DNA of 21,217 bases from Tubiluchus corallicola (taxonomy: Eukaryota; Animalia; Priapulida): positions 1 to 21,217 of the forward strand of contig JAQGDQ010001913.1 in assembly GCA_030141605.1 (NCBI GenBank), given 5' to 3'. The position numbers and the translations under genes were made by a program. How positions within the stretch are numbered: the stretch's first letter is position 1; each line of letters starts with the position of its first letter. The notes under the pieces were generated by a model. The model was given only the letters and a program-made list of their open reading frames with translations. It was not told the origin of the DNA and made no database searches. Shown one piece after another: positions 1 to 13,000 of the stretch.

Positions 1-3000
1 ATAATAGATGTAGTAGAATCAGGAGAAATTCTAGAATTAACTTATACAGTAACAATGAGCGATCCATTAGTAGCAGGAGTAACAGAAATAATAAATGCAA
101 TAACTAATGGCACTCCAACAGATCCCCCAGTGGACCCACCAACAGTATGTGTGGAACCAGATCCAAATTGTACTATAACTCCAACAGAGGGAGAAATAGT
201 AACAAGTAAATCAGTAGATGCAGGAGTAGACGGCATAGCAAGTGCAGGAGAGACTTTAACTTATGTGGTAAGAGTGGAAAACACAGGTGGAAGTAATGTA
301 GATAATGTAGAAATAAAAGATAGCTTGTATTCACTAAGTGTAGCAGAATTAAATGCCTTAGGAATAGCAAATAAATCAGTAATAAGTGAGCTAAGTGAAA
401 GTGATTTAAGTCATGATGCAAATGTAAGCCAAACAGGAACAGGAGCAATAATAGATGTAGTGGAACCTGGAGAAACAATAGAATTAACTTACAATATAAC
501 AATGAGCGATCCATTAGTAGCAGGAGTAACAGAAATAATAAATGCAATAACTAATGGCACTCCAACAGATCCACCAGTGGATCCACCAACAGTATGTATA
601 GAGCCAGATACAAATTGTACTATAACTCCAACAGCAGGGGAAATAGTAACGAGTAAATCAGTAGATGCAGGAGTAGATAATGTAGCAAGTGCAGGGAAAA
701 CATTAGTTTATACAATAAGAGTGGAAAACACAGGTGGAAGTAATGTAGCTAATGTAGAAATAAAAGATAGCTTGTATTCACTAAGTATAGCGGAATTAAA
801 TGCCTTAGGAATAGCAAATAAATCAGTAATAAGTGAGCTAAGTGAAAGTGATTTAAGTCATGATGCAAGCTTAAGTGGAACAGCAACAGGTGGCATAATA
901 GATGTAGTAGAATCAGGAGAAATTCTAGAATTAACTTATACAGTAACAATGAGCGATCCATTAGTAGCAGGAGTAACAGAAATAATAAATGCAATAACTA
1001 ATGGCACTCCAACAGATCCCCCAGTGGACCCACCAACAGTATGTATAGAGCCAGATCCAAATTGTACTATAACTCCAACAGAGGGAGAAATAGTAACAAG
1101 TAAATCAGTAGATGCAGGAGTAGACGGCATAGCAAGTGCAGGAGAGACTTTAACATATGTGGTAACAGTGGAAAACACAGGTGGAAGTAGTGTATCAGAT
1201 GTAGAAATAAAAGATAGCTTGTATTCACTAAGTGTAGCAGAATTAAATGCCTTAGGAATAGCAAGTAAATCAGTAATAAGTGAGCTAAGTGAAAGTGACT
1301 TAAGTCATGATGCAAGTGTAAGCCAAACAGGAACAGGAGCTATAATAGATGTAGTGGAACCTGGAGAAACAATAGAATTAACTTACAACATAACAATGAG
1401 CGATCCATTAGTAGCAGGAGTATCAGAAATAATAAATGCAATAACTAATGGTACTCCAACAGATCCACCAGTGGATCCACCAACAGTATGTATAGAGCCA
1501 GATCCAAATTGTACAGTAACTCCAACAGAGGGAGAAATAGTAACAAGTAAATCAGTAGATGCAGGAGCAGATAATGTAGCCAGTGCAGGAGAGACTTTAA
1601 CATATGTGGTAACAGTGGAAAACACAGGTGGAAGTAGTGTATCAGATGTAGAAATAAAAGATAGCTTGTATTCACTAAGTGTAGCAGAATTAAATGCCTT
1701 AGGAATAGCAAGTAAATCAGTAATAAGTGAGCTAAGTGAAAGTGACTTAAGTCATGATGCAAATGTAAGCCCAACAGGAACAGGAGCCATAATAGATGTA
1801 GTGGAATCTGGAGAAACAATAGAATTAACTTACAACATAACAATGAGCGATCCACTAGTAGCAGGAGTATCAGAAATAATAAATGCAATAACTAATGGAA
1901 CCCCAACAGATCCCCCAGTGGATCCACCAACAGTATGTATAGAGCCAGATCCAAATTGTACAGTAACTCCAACAGAGGGCGAGATAGTAACAAGTAAATC
2001 AGTAGATGCAGGATTAGATAATGTAGCCAGTGCAGGGGAGACTTTAACATATGTGGTAAGAGTGGAAAACACAGGTGGAAGTAATGTATCAGATGTAGAA
2101 ATAAAAGATAGCTTGTATTCACTAAGTGTAGCAGAATTAAATGCCTTAGGAATAGCAAATAAATCAGCAATAAGTGAGCTAAGTGAAAGTGACTTAAGTC
2201 ATGATGCAAATGTAAGCGCAACAGGAACAGGAGCTATAATAGATGTAGTAGAATCAGGAGAAATTCTAGAATTAACTTATACAGTAACAATGAGCGATCC
2301 ATTAGTAGCAGGAGTAACAGAAATAGTAAATGCAATAACTAATGGCACTCCAACAGATCCCCCAGTGGACCCACCAACAGTATGTATAGAACCAGATCCG
2401 AATTGTACTATAACTCCAACAGCAGGAGAAATAGTAACAAGTAAATCAGTAGATGCAGGAGTAGATGGTATAGCAAGTGCAGGAGAAACATTAGTTTATA
2501 CAATAACAGTGGAAAACACAGGTGGAAGTAATGTAGCTAATGTAGAAATAAAAGATAGCTTGTATTCACTAAGTGTAGCAGAATTAAATGCCTTAGGAAT
2601 AGCAAATAAATCAGTAATAAGTGAGCTAAGTGAAAGTGATTTAACCCATGATGCAAGCTTAAGTGGAACAGGAACAGGAGCTATAATAGATGTAGTAGAA
2701 TCAGGAGAAACTCTAGAATTAACTTACAACATAACAATGAGCGATCCATTAGTAGCAGGAGTAACAGAAATAGTAAATGCAATAACTAATGGCACTCCAA
2801 CAGATCCCCCAGTGGACCCACCAACAGTATGTATAGAGCCAGATCCAAATTGTACTATAACTCCAACAGCAGGAGAAATAGTAACAAGTAAATCAGTAGA
2901 TGCAGGAGTAGATAATGTAGCAAGTGCAGGGGAAACATTAGTTTATACAATAACAGTGGAAAACACAGGTGGAAGTAGTGTATCAGATGTAGAAATAAAA

Positions 3001-6000
3001 GATAGCTTATACTCACTAAGTGTAGCAGAATTAAATGCCTTAGGAATAGCAAATAAATCAGTAATAAGTGAGCTAAGTGAAAGTGATTTAACCCATGATG
3101 CAAGCTTAAGTGGAACAGGAACAGGTGGCATAATAGATGTAGTAGAATCAGGAGAAATTCTAGAATTAACTTATACAGTAACAATGAGCGATCCATTAGT
3201 AGCAGGAGTAACAGAAATAATAAATGCAATAACTAATGGCACTCCAACAGATCCCCCAGTGGACCCACCAACAGTATGTGTAGAACCAGATCCAAATTGT
3301 ACTATAACTCCAACAGCAGGAGAAATAGTAACAAGTAAATCAGTAGATGCAGGAGTAGACGGCATAGCAAGTGCAGGGGAAACTTTAACTTATGTGGTAA
3401 CAGTGGAAAACACAGGTGGAAGTAGTGTATCAGATGTAGAAATAAAAGATAGCTTGTACTCACTAAGTGTAGCAGAATTAAATGCCTTAGGAATAGCAAG
3501 TAAATCAGTAATAAGTGAGCTAAGTGAAAGTGATTTAACTCATGATGCAAGTGTAAGCCCAACAGGAACAGGAGCTATAATAGATGTAGTAGAATCAGGA
3601 GAAATTCTAGAATTAACTTATACAGTAACAATGAGCGATCCATTAGTAGCAGGAGTAACAGAAATAATAAATGCAATAACTAATGGCACTCCAACAGATC
3701 CCCCAGTGGACCCACCAACAGTATGTATAGAGCCAGATCCAAATTGTACTATAACTCCAACAGCAGGAGAAATAGTAACAAGTAAATCAGTAGATGCAGG
3801 AGTAGATAATGTAGCAAGTGCAGGAGAGACTTTAACTTATGTGGTAAGAGTGGAAAACACAGGTGGAAGTAATGTAGATAATGTAGAAATAAAAGATAGT
3901 TTGTACTCACTAAGTGTAGCAGAATTAAATGCCTTAGGAATAGCAAGTAAATCAGTAATAAGTGAGCTAAGTGAAAGTGACTTAAGTCATGATGCAAGTG
4001 TAAGCACAACAGGAACAGGAGCTATAATAGATGTAGTGGAATCAGGAGAAACTCTAGAATTAACTTATACAGTAACAATGAGCGATCCATTAGTAGCAGG
4101 AGTAACAGAAATAATAAATGCAATAACTAATGGCACTCCAACAGATCCCCCAGTGGACCCACCAACAGTATGTATAGAACCAGATCCGAATTGTACTATA
4201 ACTCCAACAGCAGGGGAAATAGTAACGAGTAAATCAGTAGATGCAGGAGTAGATAATGTAGCAAGTGCAGGAGAAACATTAGTTTATACAATAACAGTGG
4301 AAAATACAGGTGGAAGTAATGTAGATGCAGTAGAAATAAAAGACAGCTTATTCTCACTAAGTGTAGCAGAATTAAATGCCTTAGGAATAGCAAGTAAATC
4401 AGTAATAAGTGAGCTAAGTGAAAGTGACTTAAGTCATGATGCAAGTGTAAGCACAACAGGAACAGGAGCTATAATAGATGTAGTGGAATCAGGAGAAATT
4501 CTAGAATTAACTTATACAGTAACAATGAGCGATCCATTAGTAGCAGGAGTAACAGAAATAGTAAATGCAATAACTAATGGCACTCCAACAGATCCCCCAG
4601 TGGACCCACCAACAGTATGTGTAGAGCCAGATCCAAATTGTACTATAACTCCAACAGAGGGAGAAATAGTAACAAGTAAATCAGTAGATGCAGGATCAGA
4701 TAATGTAGCCAGTGCAGGAGAGATTTTAACATATGTGGTAACAGTGGAAAACACAGGTGGAAGTAGTGTATCAGATGTAGAAATAAAAGATAGCTTATAT
4801 TTACTAAGTGTAGCAGAATTAAATGCCTTAGGAATAGCAAGTAAATCAGTAATAAGTGAGCTAAGTGAAAGTGACTTAAGTCATGATGCAAGTGTAAGTG
4901 ATACAGGAACAGGAGCCATAATAGATGTAGTGGAATCAGGAGAAATTCTAGAATTAACTTATACAGTAACAATGAGCGATCCATTAGTAGTAGGAGTAAC
5001 AGAAATAATAAATGCAATAACTAATGGCACTCCAACAGACCCACCAGTAGATCCCCCAACAGTATGTATAGAGCCAGATCCAAATTGTACTATAACTCCA
5101 ACAGCAGGGGAAATAGTAACAAGTAAATCAGTAGATGCAGGAGCAGATAATGTAGCCAGTGCAGAGGAAACTTTAACTTATGTGGTAACAGTGGAAAACA
5201 CAGGTGGAAGTAATGTAGCTAATGTAGAAATAAAAGATAGCTTGTATTCACTAAGTGTAGCCGAACTAAATGCCTTAGGAATAGCAAGTAAATCAGTAAT
5301 AAGTGAGCTAAGTGAAAGTGATTTAACCCATGATGCAAGCTTAAGTGGCACAGGAACAGGTGGCATAATAGATGTAGTAGAATCAGGAGAAACTCTAGAA
5401 TTAACTTATACAGTAACAATGAGCGATCCATTAGTAGCAGGAGTAACCGAAATAATAAATGCAATAACTAATGGCACTCCAACAAATCCCCCAGTGGACC
5501 CACCAACAGTATGTGTGGAACCAGATCCAAATTGTACTATAACTCCAACAGAGGGAGAAATAGTAACAAGTAAATCAGTAGATGCAGGATCAGATAATGT
5601 AGCCAGTGCAGGAGAGACTTTAACATATGTGGTAACAGTGGAAAACACAGGTGGAAGTAGTGTATCAGATGTAGAAATAAAAGATAGCTTGTATTCACTA
5701 AGTGTAGCAGAATTAAATGCCTTAGGAATAGCAAGTAAATCAGTAATAAGTGAGCTAAGTGAAAGTAACTTAAGTCATGATGCAAGTGTAAACGCAACAG
5801 TAACAGGAGCCATAATAGATGTAGTGGAATCAGGGGAAAGGATAGAATTAACTTATACAGTAACAATGAGCGATCCATTAGTAGCAGGAGTATCAGAAAT
5901 AATAAATGCAATAACTAATGGTACTCCAACAGATCCCCCAGTGGATCCCCCAACAGTATGTGTAGAGCCAGATCCAAATTGTACTATAACTCCAACATCA

Positions 6001-9000
6001 GGGGAAATAGTAACAAGTAAATCAGTAGATGCAGGAGCAGATAATGTAGCCAGTGCAGGAGAGACTTTAACTTATGTGGTAAGAGTGGAAAACACAGGTG
6101 GAAGTAGTGTATCAGATGTAGAAATAAAAGATAGCTTATATTCACTAAGTGTAGCAGAATTAAATGCCTTAGGAATAGCAAGCAAATCAGCAATAGTAGA
6201 ACTAAGTGAAAGTGACTTAACCCATGATGCAAGTGTAAGCACAACAGGAACAGGAGCTATAATAGATGTAGTAGAACCAGGAGAAACAATAGAATTAACT
6301 TACAACATAACAATGAGCGATCCATTAGTAGCAGGAGTAACAGAAATAATAAATGCAATAACTAATGGTACTCCAACAGATCCCCCAGTGGATCCCCCAA
6401 CAGTATGTGTAGAGCCAGATCCAAATTGTACAGTAACTCCAACAGCAGGAGAAATAGTAACAAGTAAATCAGTAGATGCAGGAGCAGATAATGTAGCCAG
6501 TGCAGGAGAGACTTTAACATATGTGGTAACAGTGGAAAACACAGGTGGAAGTAGTGTATCAGATGTAGAAATAAAAGATAGCTTATATTCACTAAGTGTA
6601 GCAGAATTAAATGCCTTAGGAATAGCAAGCAAATCAGTAATAAGTGAGCTAAGTGAAAGTGACTTAACCCATGATGCAAGTGTAAGCACAACAGGAACAG
6701 GAGCTATAATAGATGTAGTGGAACCTGGAGAAAGGATAGAATTAACTTACAACATAACAATGAGCGATCCATTAGTAGTAGGAGTACCAGAAATAGTAAA
6801 TGCAATAACTAATGGTACTCCAACAGATCCTCCAGTGGATCCACCAACAGTATGTATAGAGCCAGATCCAAATTGTACAGTAACTCCAACAGCAGGAGAA
6901 ATAGTAACAAGTAAATCAGTAGATGCAGGAGCAGATAATGTAGCCAGTGCAGGAGAGACTTTAACATATGTGGTAACAGTGGAAAACACAGGTGGAAGTA
7001 GTGTATCAGATGTAGAAATAAAAGATAGCTTGTATTCACTAAGTGTAGCAGAATTAAATGCCTTAGGAATAGCAAGTAAATCAGTAATAAGTGAGCTAAG
7101 TGAAAGTAACTTAACCCATGATGCAAGTGTAAGCGCAACAGTAACAGGAGCTATAATAGATGTAGTGGAATCAGGGGAAAGGATAGAATTAACTTACAAC
7201 ATAACTATGAGCGATCCATTAGTAGTAGGAGTACCAGAAATAGTAAATGCAATAACTAATGGTACCCCAACAGATCCCCCAGTGGATCCCCCAACAGTAT
7301 GTGTAGAGCCAGATCCAAATTGTACAATAACTCCAACAGCAGGAGAAATAGTAACAAGTAAATCAGTAGATGCAGGAGCAGATAATGTAGCCAGTGCAGG
7401 AGAGACTTTAACATATGTGGTAACAGTGGAAAACACAGGTGGAAGTAGTGTATCAGATGTAGAAATAAAAGATAGCTTGTATTCACTAAGTGTAGCAGAA
7501 TTAAATGCCTTAGGAATAGCAAGTAAATCAGTAATAAGTGAACTAAGTGAAAGTAACTTAACCCATGATGCAAGTGTAAGTGATACAGCCACAGGAGCTA
7601 TAATAGATGTAGTAGAACCTGGAGAAACAATAGAATTAACTTATACAGTAACAATGAGCGATCCATTAGTAGTAGGAGTATCAGAAATAATAAATGCAAT
7701 AACTAATGGTACTCCAACAGATCCCCCAGTGGATCCACCAACAGTATGTATAGAGCCAGATCCAAATTGTACAGTAACTCCAACAGCAGGAGAAATAGTA
7801 ACAAGTAAATCAGTAGATGCAGGAGCAGATAATGTAGCCAGTGCAGGAGAAACTTTAACATATGTGGTAACAGTGGAAAACACAGGTGGAAGTAATGTAT
7901 CAGATGTAGAAATAAAAGATAGCTTGTATTCACTAAGTGTAGCAGAATTAAATGCCTTAGGAATAGCAAGTAAATCAGTAATAAGTGAACTAAGCGAAAG
8001 TAACTTAACCCATGATGCAAGTGTAAGTGATACAGCCACAGGAGCTATAATAGATGTAGTAGAACCTGGAGAAACTCTAGAATTAACTTATACAGTAACA
8101 ATGAGCGATCCATTAGTAGTAGGAGTAACAGAAATAATAAATGCAATAACTAATGGTACTCCAACAGATCCCCCAGTGGATCCACCAACAGTATGTATAG
8201 AGCCAGATCCAAATTGTACTATAACTCCAACAGCAGGAGAAATAGTAACAAGTAAATCAGTAGATGCAGGAGCAGATAATGTAGCCAGTGCAGGAGAGAC
8301 TTTAACTTATGTGGTAACAGTGGAAAACACAGGTGGAAGTAGTGTATCAGATGTAGAAATAAAAGATAGCTTGTATTCACTAAGTGTAGCAGAATTAAAT
8401 GCCTTAGGAATAGCAAACAAATCAGTAATAAGTGAGCTAAGCGAAAGTAACTTAAGTCATGATGCAAATGTAAGCACAACAGCAACAGGAGCTATAATAG
8501 ATGTAGTGGAACCTGGAGAAACAATAGAATTAACTTACAACATAACAATGAGTGATCCATTAGTAGCAGGAGTAACAGAAATAATAAATGCAATAACTAA
8601 TGGTACTCCAACAGATCCCCCAGTGGATCCCCCAACAGTATGTATAGAGCCAGATCCAAATTGTACAGTAACTCCAACAGCAGGAGAAATAGTAACAAGT
8701 AAAGCAGTAGATGCAGGATTAGATAATGTAGCAAGTGCAGGAGAGACTTTAACATATGTGGTAACAGTGGAAAACACAGGTGGAAGTAGTGTATCAGATG
8801 TAGAAATAAAAGATAGCTTGTATTCATTAAGTGTAGCAGAACTAAATGCCTTAGGAATAGCAAGTAAATCAGTAATAAGTGAGCTAAGTGAAAGTAACTT
8901 AACCCATGATGCAAGTGTAAGTGATACAGCCACAGGAGCTATAATAGATGTAGTAGAACCTGGAGAAACTCTAGAATTAACTTATACAGTAACAATGAGC

Positions 9001-10008
9001 GATCCATTAGTAGTAGGAGTATCAGAAATAATAAATGCAATAACTAATGGTACTCCAACAGATCCTCCAGTGGATCCCCCAACAGTATGTGTAGAGCCAG
9101 ATCCAAATTGTACAGTAACTCCAACAGCAGGGGAAATAGTAACAAATAAATCAGTAGATGCAGGAGCAGATAATGTAGCCAGTGCAGGAGAGATTTTAAC
9201 ATATGTGGTAACAGTGGAAAACACAGGTGGAAGTAGTGTATCAGATGTAGAAATAAAAGATAGCTTGTATTCACTAAGTGTAGCAGAATTAAATGCCTTA
9301 GGAATAGCAAGTAAATCAGTAATAAGTGAGCTAAGTGAAAGTAACTTAACCCATGATGCAAGTGTAAGTGATACAGCCACAGGAGCTATAATAGATGTAG
9401 TAGAACCTGGAGAAACTCTAGAATTAACTTATACAGTAACAATGAGCGATCCATTAGTAGTAGGAGTATCAGAAATAATAAATGCAATAACTAATGGTAC
9501 TCCAACAGATCCTCCAGTGGATCCCCCAACAGTATGTGTAGAGCCAGATCCAAATTGTACAGTAACTCCAACAGCAGGAGAAATAGTAACAAGTAAATCA
9601 GTAGATGCAGGAGCAGATAATGTAGCCAGTGCAGGAGAAACTTTAACATATGTGGTAACAGTGGAAAACACAGGTGGAAGTAATGTATCAGATGTAGAAA
9701 TAAAAGATAGCTTGTATTCACTAAGTGTAGCAGAATTAAATGCCTTAGGAATAGCAAGTAAATCAGTAATAAGTGAGCTAAGTGAAAGTAACTTAACCCA
9801 TGATGCAAGTGTAAGTGATACAGCCACAGGAGCTATAATAGATGTAGTAGAACCTGGAGAAACTCTAGAATTAACTTATACAGTAACAATGAGCGATCCA
9901 TTAGTAGTAGGAGTAACAGAAATAATAAATGCAATAACTAATGGTACTCCAACAGATCCCCCAGTGGATCCCCCAACAGTATGTATAGAGCCAGATCCAA
10001 ATTGTACA
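1..10008 (+). repeat. Intragenic tandem array with a 447-bp (149-aa) period: 22 complete units plus a partial unit at the window edge
   Basis: ATGAG(C/T)GATCCA (MSDP) recurs at 55, 502, 949 ... 8101 ... 9889, i.e. 55+447k for k=0-22. Domain-phase units begin at GEIVTSK (190+447k). Similarity ends after PDPNCT at 10008. Confidence 0.98.
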
Positions 10009-13000
10009 AATACCTTAGTTAATAACCCAAGTATAGAACTAAGTAAAGTATCAAATCCAGGCTCAACAGCAAGTTTAGGAGACACATTAACCTATACTTT
10101 AATAGCAAGGAATACAGGAAATACAAATATAGATAATGTGGTAATAAATGACCCATTGCTAAGCGACTTAAATTGTGATCCATTATTAGGAAGCAGTTTA
10201 AATCCAGAAGAAGAAATGGTATGTATAGGAACATATATAGTGAAAGATTTAGATATAACAAATGGAGAGATATTAAATACAGCGAAAGTATTGGGAGAAG
10301 ATCCAAGTGGAAATGGTGTTGAAGATGATGCAACAGAAAAAGTATTTACTAAAAAAGATCCTCAAAAAGGAAGCTTATCATTGATGAAAGGTATATCAAG
10401 TTATGTTGATAATGATATAAGTAATAGTTTAACAAAAGGAGATGTAATAAATTATGAAATAAATGTAACAAATACAAGTAATATAGACATATTAAATGTA
10501 GAAGTAGAAGATAGCTTGATAGGTATAACCTGTAATCCGGAGCAAGGAAGAACTTTGTCTCCAGGAGACATAATGACATGCTTAGGGTCATATACAGTAA
10601 TGTCTTCAGATATAATAAATGGAAAAATATTGAACATATCAAAAGTTACAGGAGAAGATGGAGAGGGAAATAAATTTGAAGATAAAGATAGTAACACATT
10701 AACTCCAGAAGATCCAGTAAATCAAGAATTAAGCCCAGGAATAGATTTATTAAAAGTAAATACAGGGTTTATAGATGTAGATGAGGACAAAAGAACTTCA
10801 TTAGGAGATAAGCTAGTATATACTTTAATAGCAATTAATACAGGAAATGTACCTTTAAATAATGTACAAATAACAGATAGCATAATAAAAGAACTATCAT
10901 GTAAACCTACTTTGGGAAGTACATTGTATCCATTAGAAAAAATGGAATGTATAGGAAGCTATGCCTTGAATGCTTCAGATATAGATAGTGGAGTGAGAGA
11001 TAATGTAGGTTTAGCAGAAGGAACAGATGATAATAACAATACAGTAAAAGATAATGAAAAAATTGTTGTTGAATTGCAAGGATATTCAGAAATAGTAAGC
11101 AGTAAAAAAGTAAAAGATGCTAATGGAAATAATGTAGCAGAAGGTGGAGAAGTACTAACTTATACAATAGAAGTTGAAAATATAGGAAATGCAACTTCAC
11201 AAAATGTAACAATAAAAGATTCATTAACTATGTTAGAAGAAGGAGAATTATATGACTTAGGAATAGCAAGCATAGGAGATGTAATAGTATTAGATGAAAA
11301 TAATAATATAGTTGTAAGTGGAAGCTTGAAAGATATAAAAGGACTAATGCTAAATAAAGTGGATCCAGGAGAAAAAGTGTTAATATCTTATGATGTGACT
11401 TTATTAGATCCATTAAAAAATGGCATTTATGAAGTAGTTAATATAATAAGTGATAATGGTGCTATTCCTAGAGGAAAATGTAAGAAAGGAGACTCTAAGT
11501 GTACAAAAACTCCAATGGCAAGAAAAATATTAATAGAAAAATCAGCATCTAAAAAAACAGTAAAAATAGGAGATATAATAGAATATACTTTGACAATAAA
11601 AAACATGAGCGGAGTGTATGAAAAAGAACTATATGTAGAAGATATGATACCATCAGGATTTACTTATGTAGATAGCTCAGCTAAAATATTACAAAATAAT
11701 GAAAAAGAAGATATAAAATCTAAAGGAATAAGACCAGTAGTCTTTGGGCCATTTGAATTAAAGAGAACAGAAAAAATAACAATAACTTACAAATTGAAAG
11801 TAGGAGTAGGAGTAATAGATGGCGAGCACAAAAATATAGCAGTAGTATTAGATGAAAACAGTGTGCCAATATCAAGAGAAGCAGAAGCAGAAGTTTATGT
11901 AGAAGAAAGAATAGCTTGTGATACTTTCATAATAGGAAAAGTATGGCATGATATTGATGAAGATGGTTGGCAAGATAAAGCAGAAGCAAGAGATATACGT
12001 GTAATAGGTTTATCTTCTAAAGCAAAAGAAAGTAGTACAATAACGTATAATGGTAATGAAAGAGTGCTAGAGGACATATCAAACATAATAGTACCAAAAT
12101 TAAATGGAAAATATGACATAGGTGAAGATGCAGAAAAAATATTAATAAAAAGACATATAGAATCTATAGAAGATTTAGAGGATATAAAAATAACAACTAA
12201 AGGAGGCACTGATATCAACTTAACCAAAGAAGGTAACACAATAGAAAACCATAAAGGACTCAAGAAAAAAGGACTTATAGGGGAAGATATATCAATAAAA
12301 AGAAATGTATACGAATTTGGTTGTGAACAAAAAGAAGTAGATAAAGTAGAAGTAGAAATAATTAAGTTAAAAAATATAATAGATTCTATATACTTTAGTT
12401 CTGGTTATGCAGATTTAAAAGATGAAGAAATATCAAAACTAGAAAAAGTATTAGATCAACTTGAAGGTAAGGATAATATTAGATTATTTGTTATAGGGCA
12501 TACTGATAATAAAAAACTAGATGAAGAAACTAAAAAAATATATGCAGATAACTATGAATTATCTAGAGATCGAGCTAAACAAATAGGTGTTTATTTAGGT
12601 GAAAAACTAAAAATATCCCCTAATAAAATAGAAGCTTTAGGAAAAGGATCTGATGAACCAATAGCTCCAAATGATAGCTTAGAAAATATGCAGCTAAACA
12701 GAAGAATAGATATAGAGATATGGTATGATGATATAAAATCAACAAAAGAAAAATTAGAGTGTTCTGATAAAGTATTAACAGAAGAAATAATAATATCTAA
12801 TAATGGAATTGAAGAAAGAGGATTACCTGGAGTTAGGTTAGCAACTGTTGAAGGACTTTTAATTGATACTGATGAGTATGGAAGATATCATATTGAGGAC
12901 TGTTACAACTTACCTGGATATGGAGAAAACTTTATTATAAAAACAGATGTTGCTACTTTACCACAAGGAAGTTATTTTACGACAGAAAATCCTAGGGTAA

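Noticed and set aside
55-57. ATG at 55 as the start of the giant protein
   Set aside because: It is the internal MSDPL Met of each repeat. The frame is open upstream and there is no SD or signal peptide.
1-10008. CRISPR array or diversity-generating retroelement as the explanation for the repeats
   Set aside because: The units are 447-bp coding repeats with no unique spacers. Variation is not adenine-specific, and no cas or reverse transcriptase gene is in the window.
42-10085. Dozens of Leu/His-rich and Ser/Thr/Val-rich minus-strand ORFs recurring every 447 bp
   Set aside because: They are antisense shadows of the biased codons (GTA, ACA, GAT, GAA) in the repeat gene. They have low-complexity products, variable starts and stops, and no RBS.
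12385-12726. Flagellar MotB or a separate ompA/pal gene
   Set aside because: The domain is in frame within the giant ORF, with no TM helix, barrel or lipobox, and there is no motA nearby.
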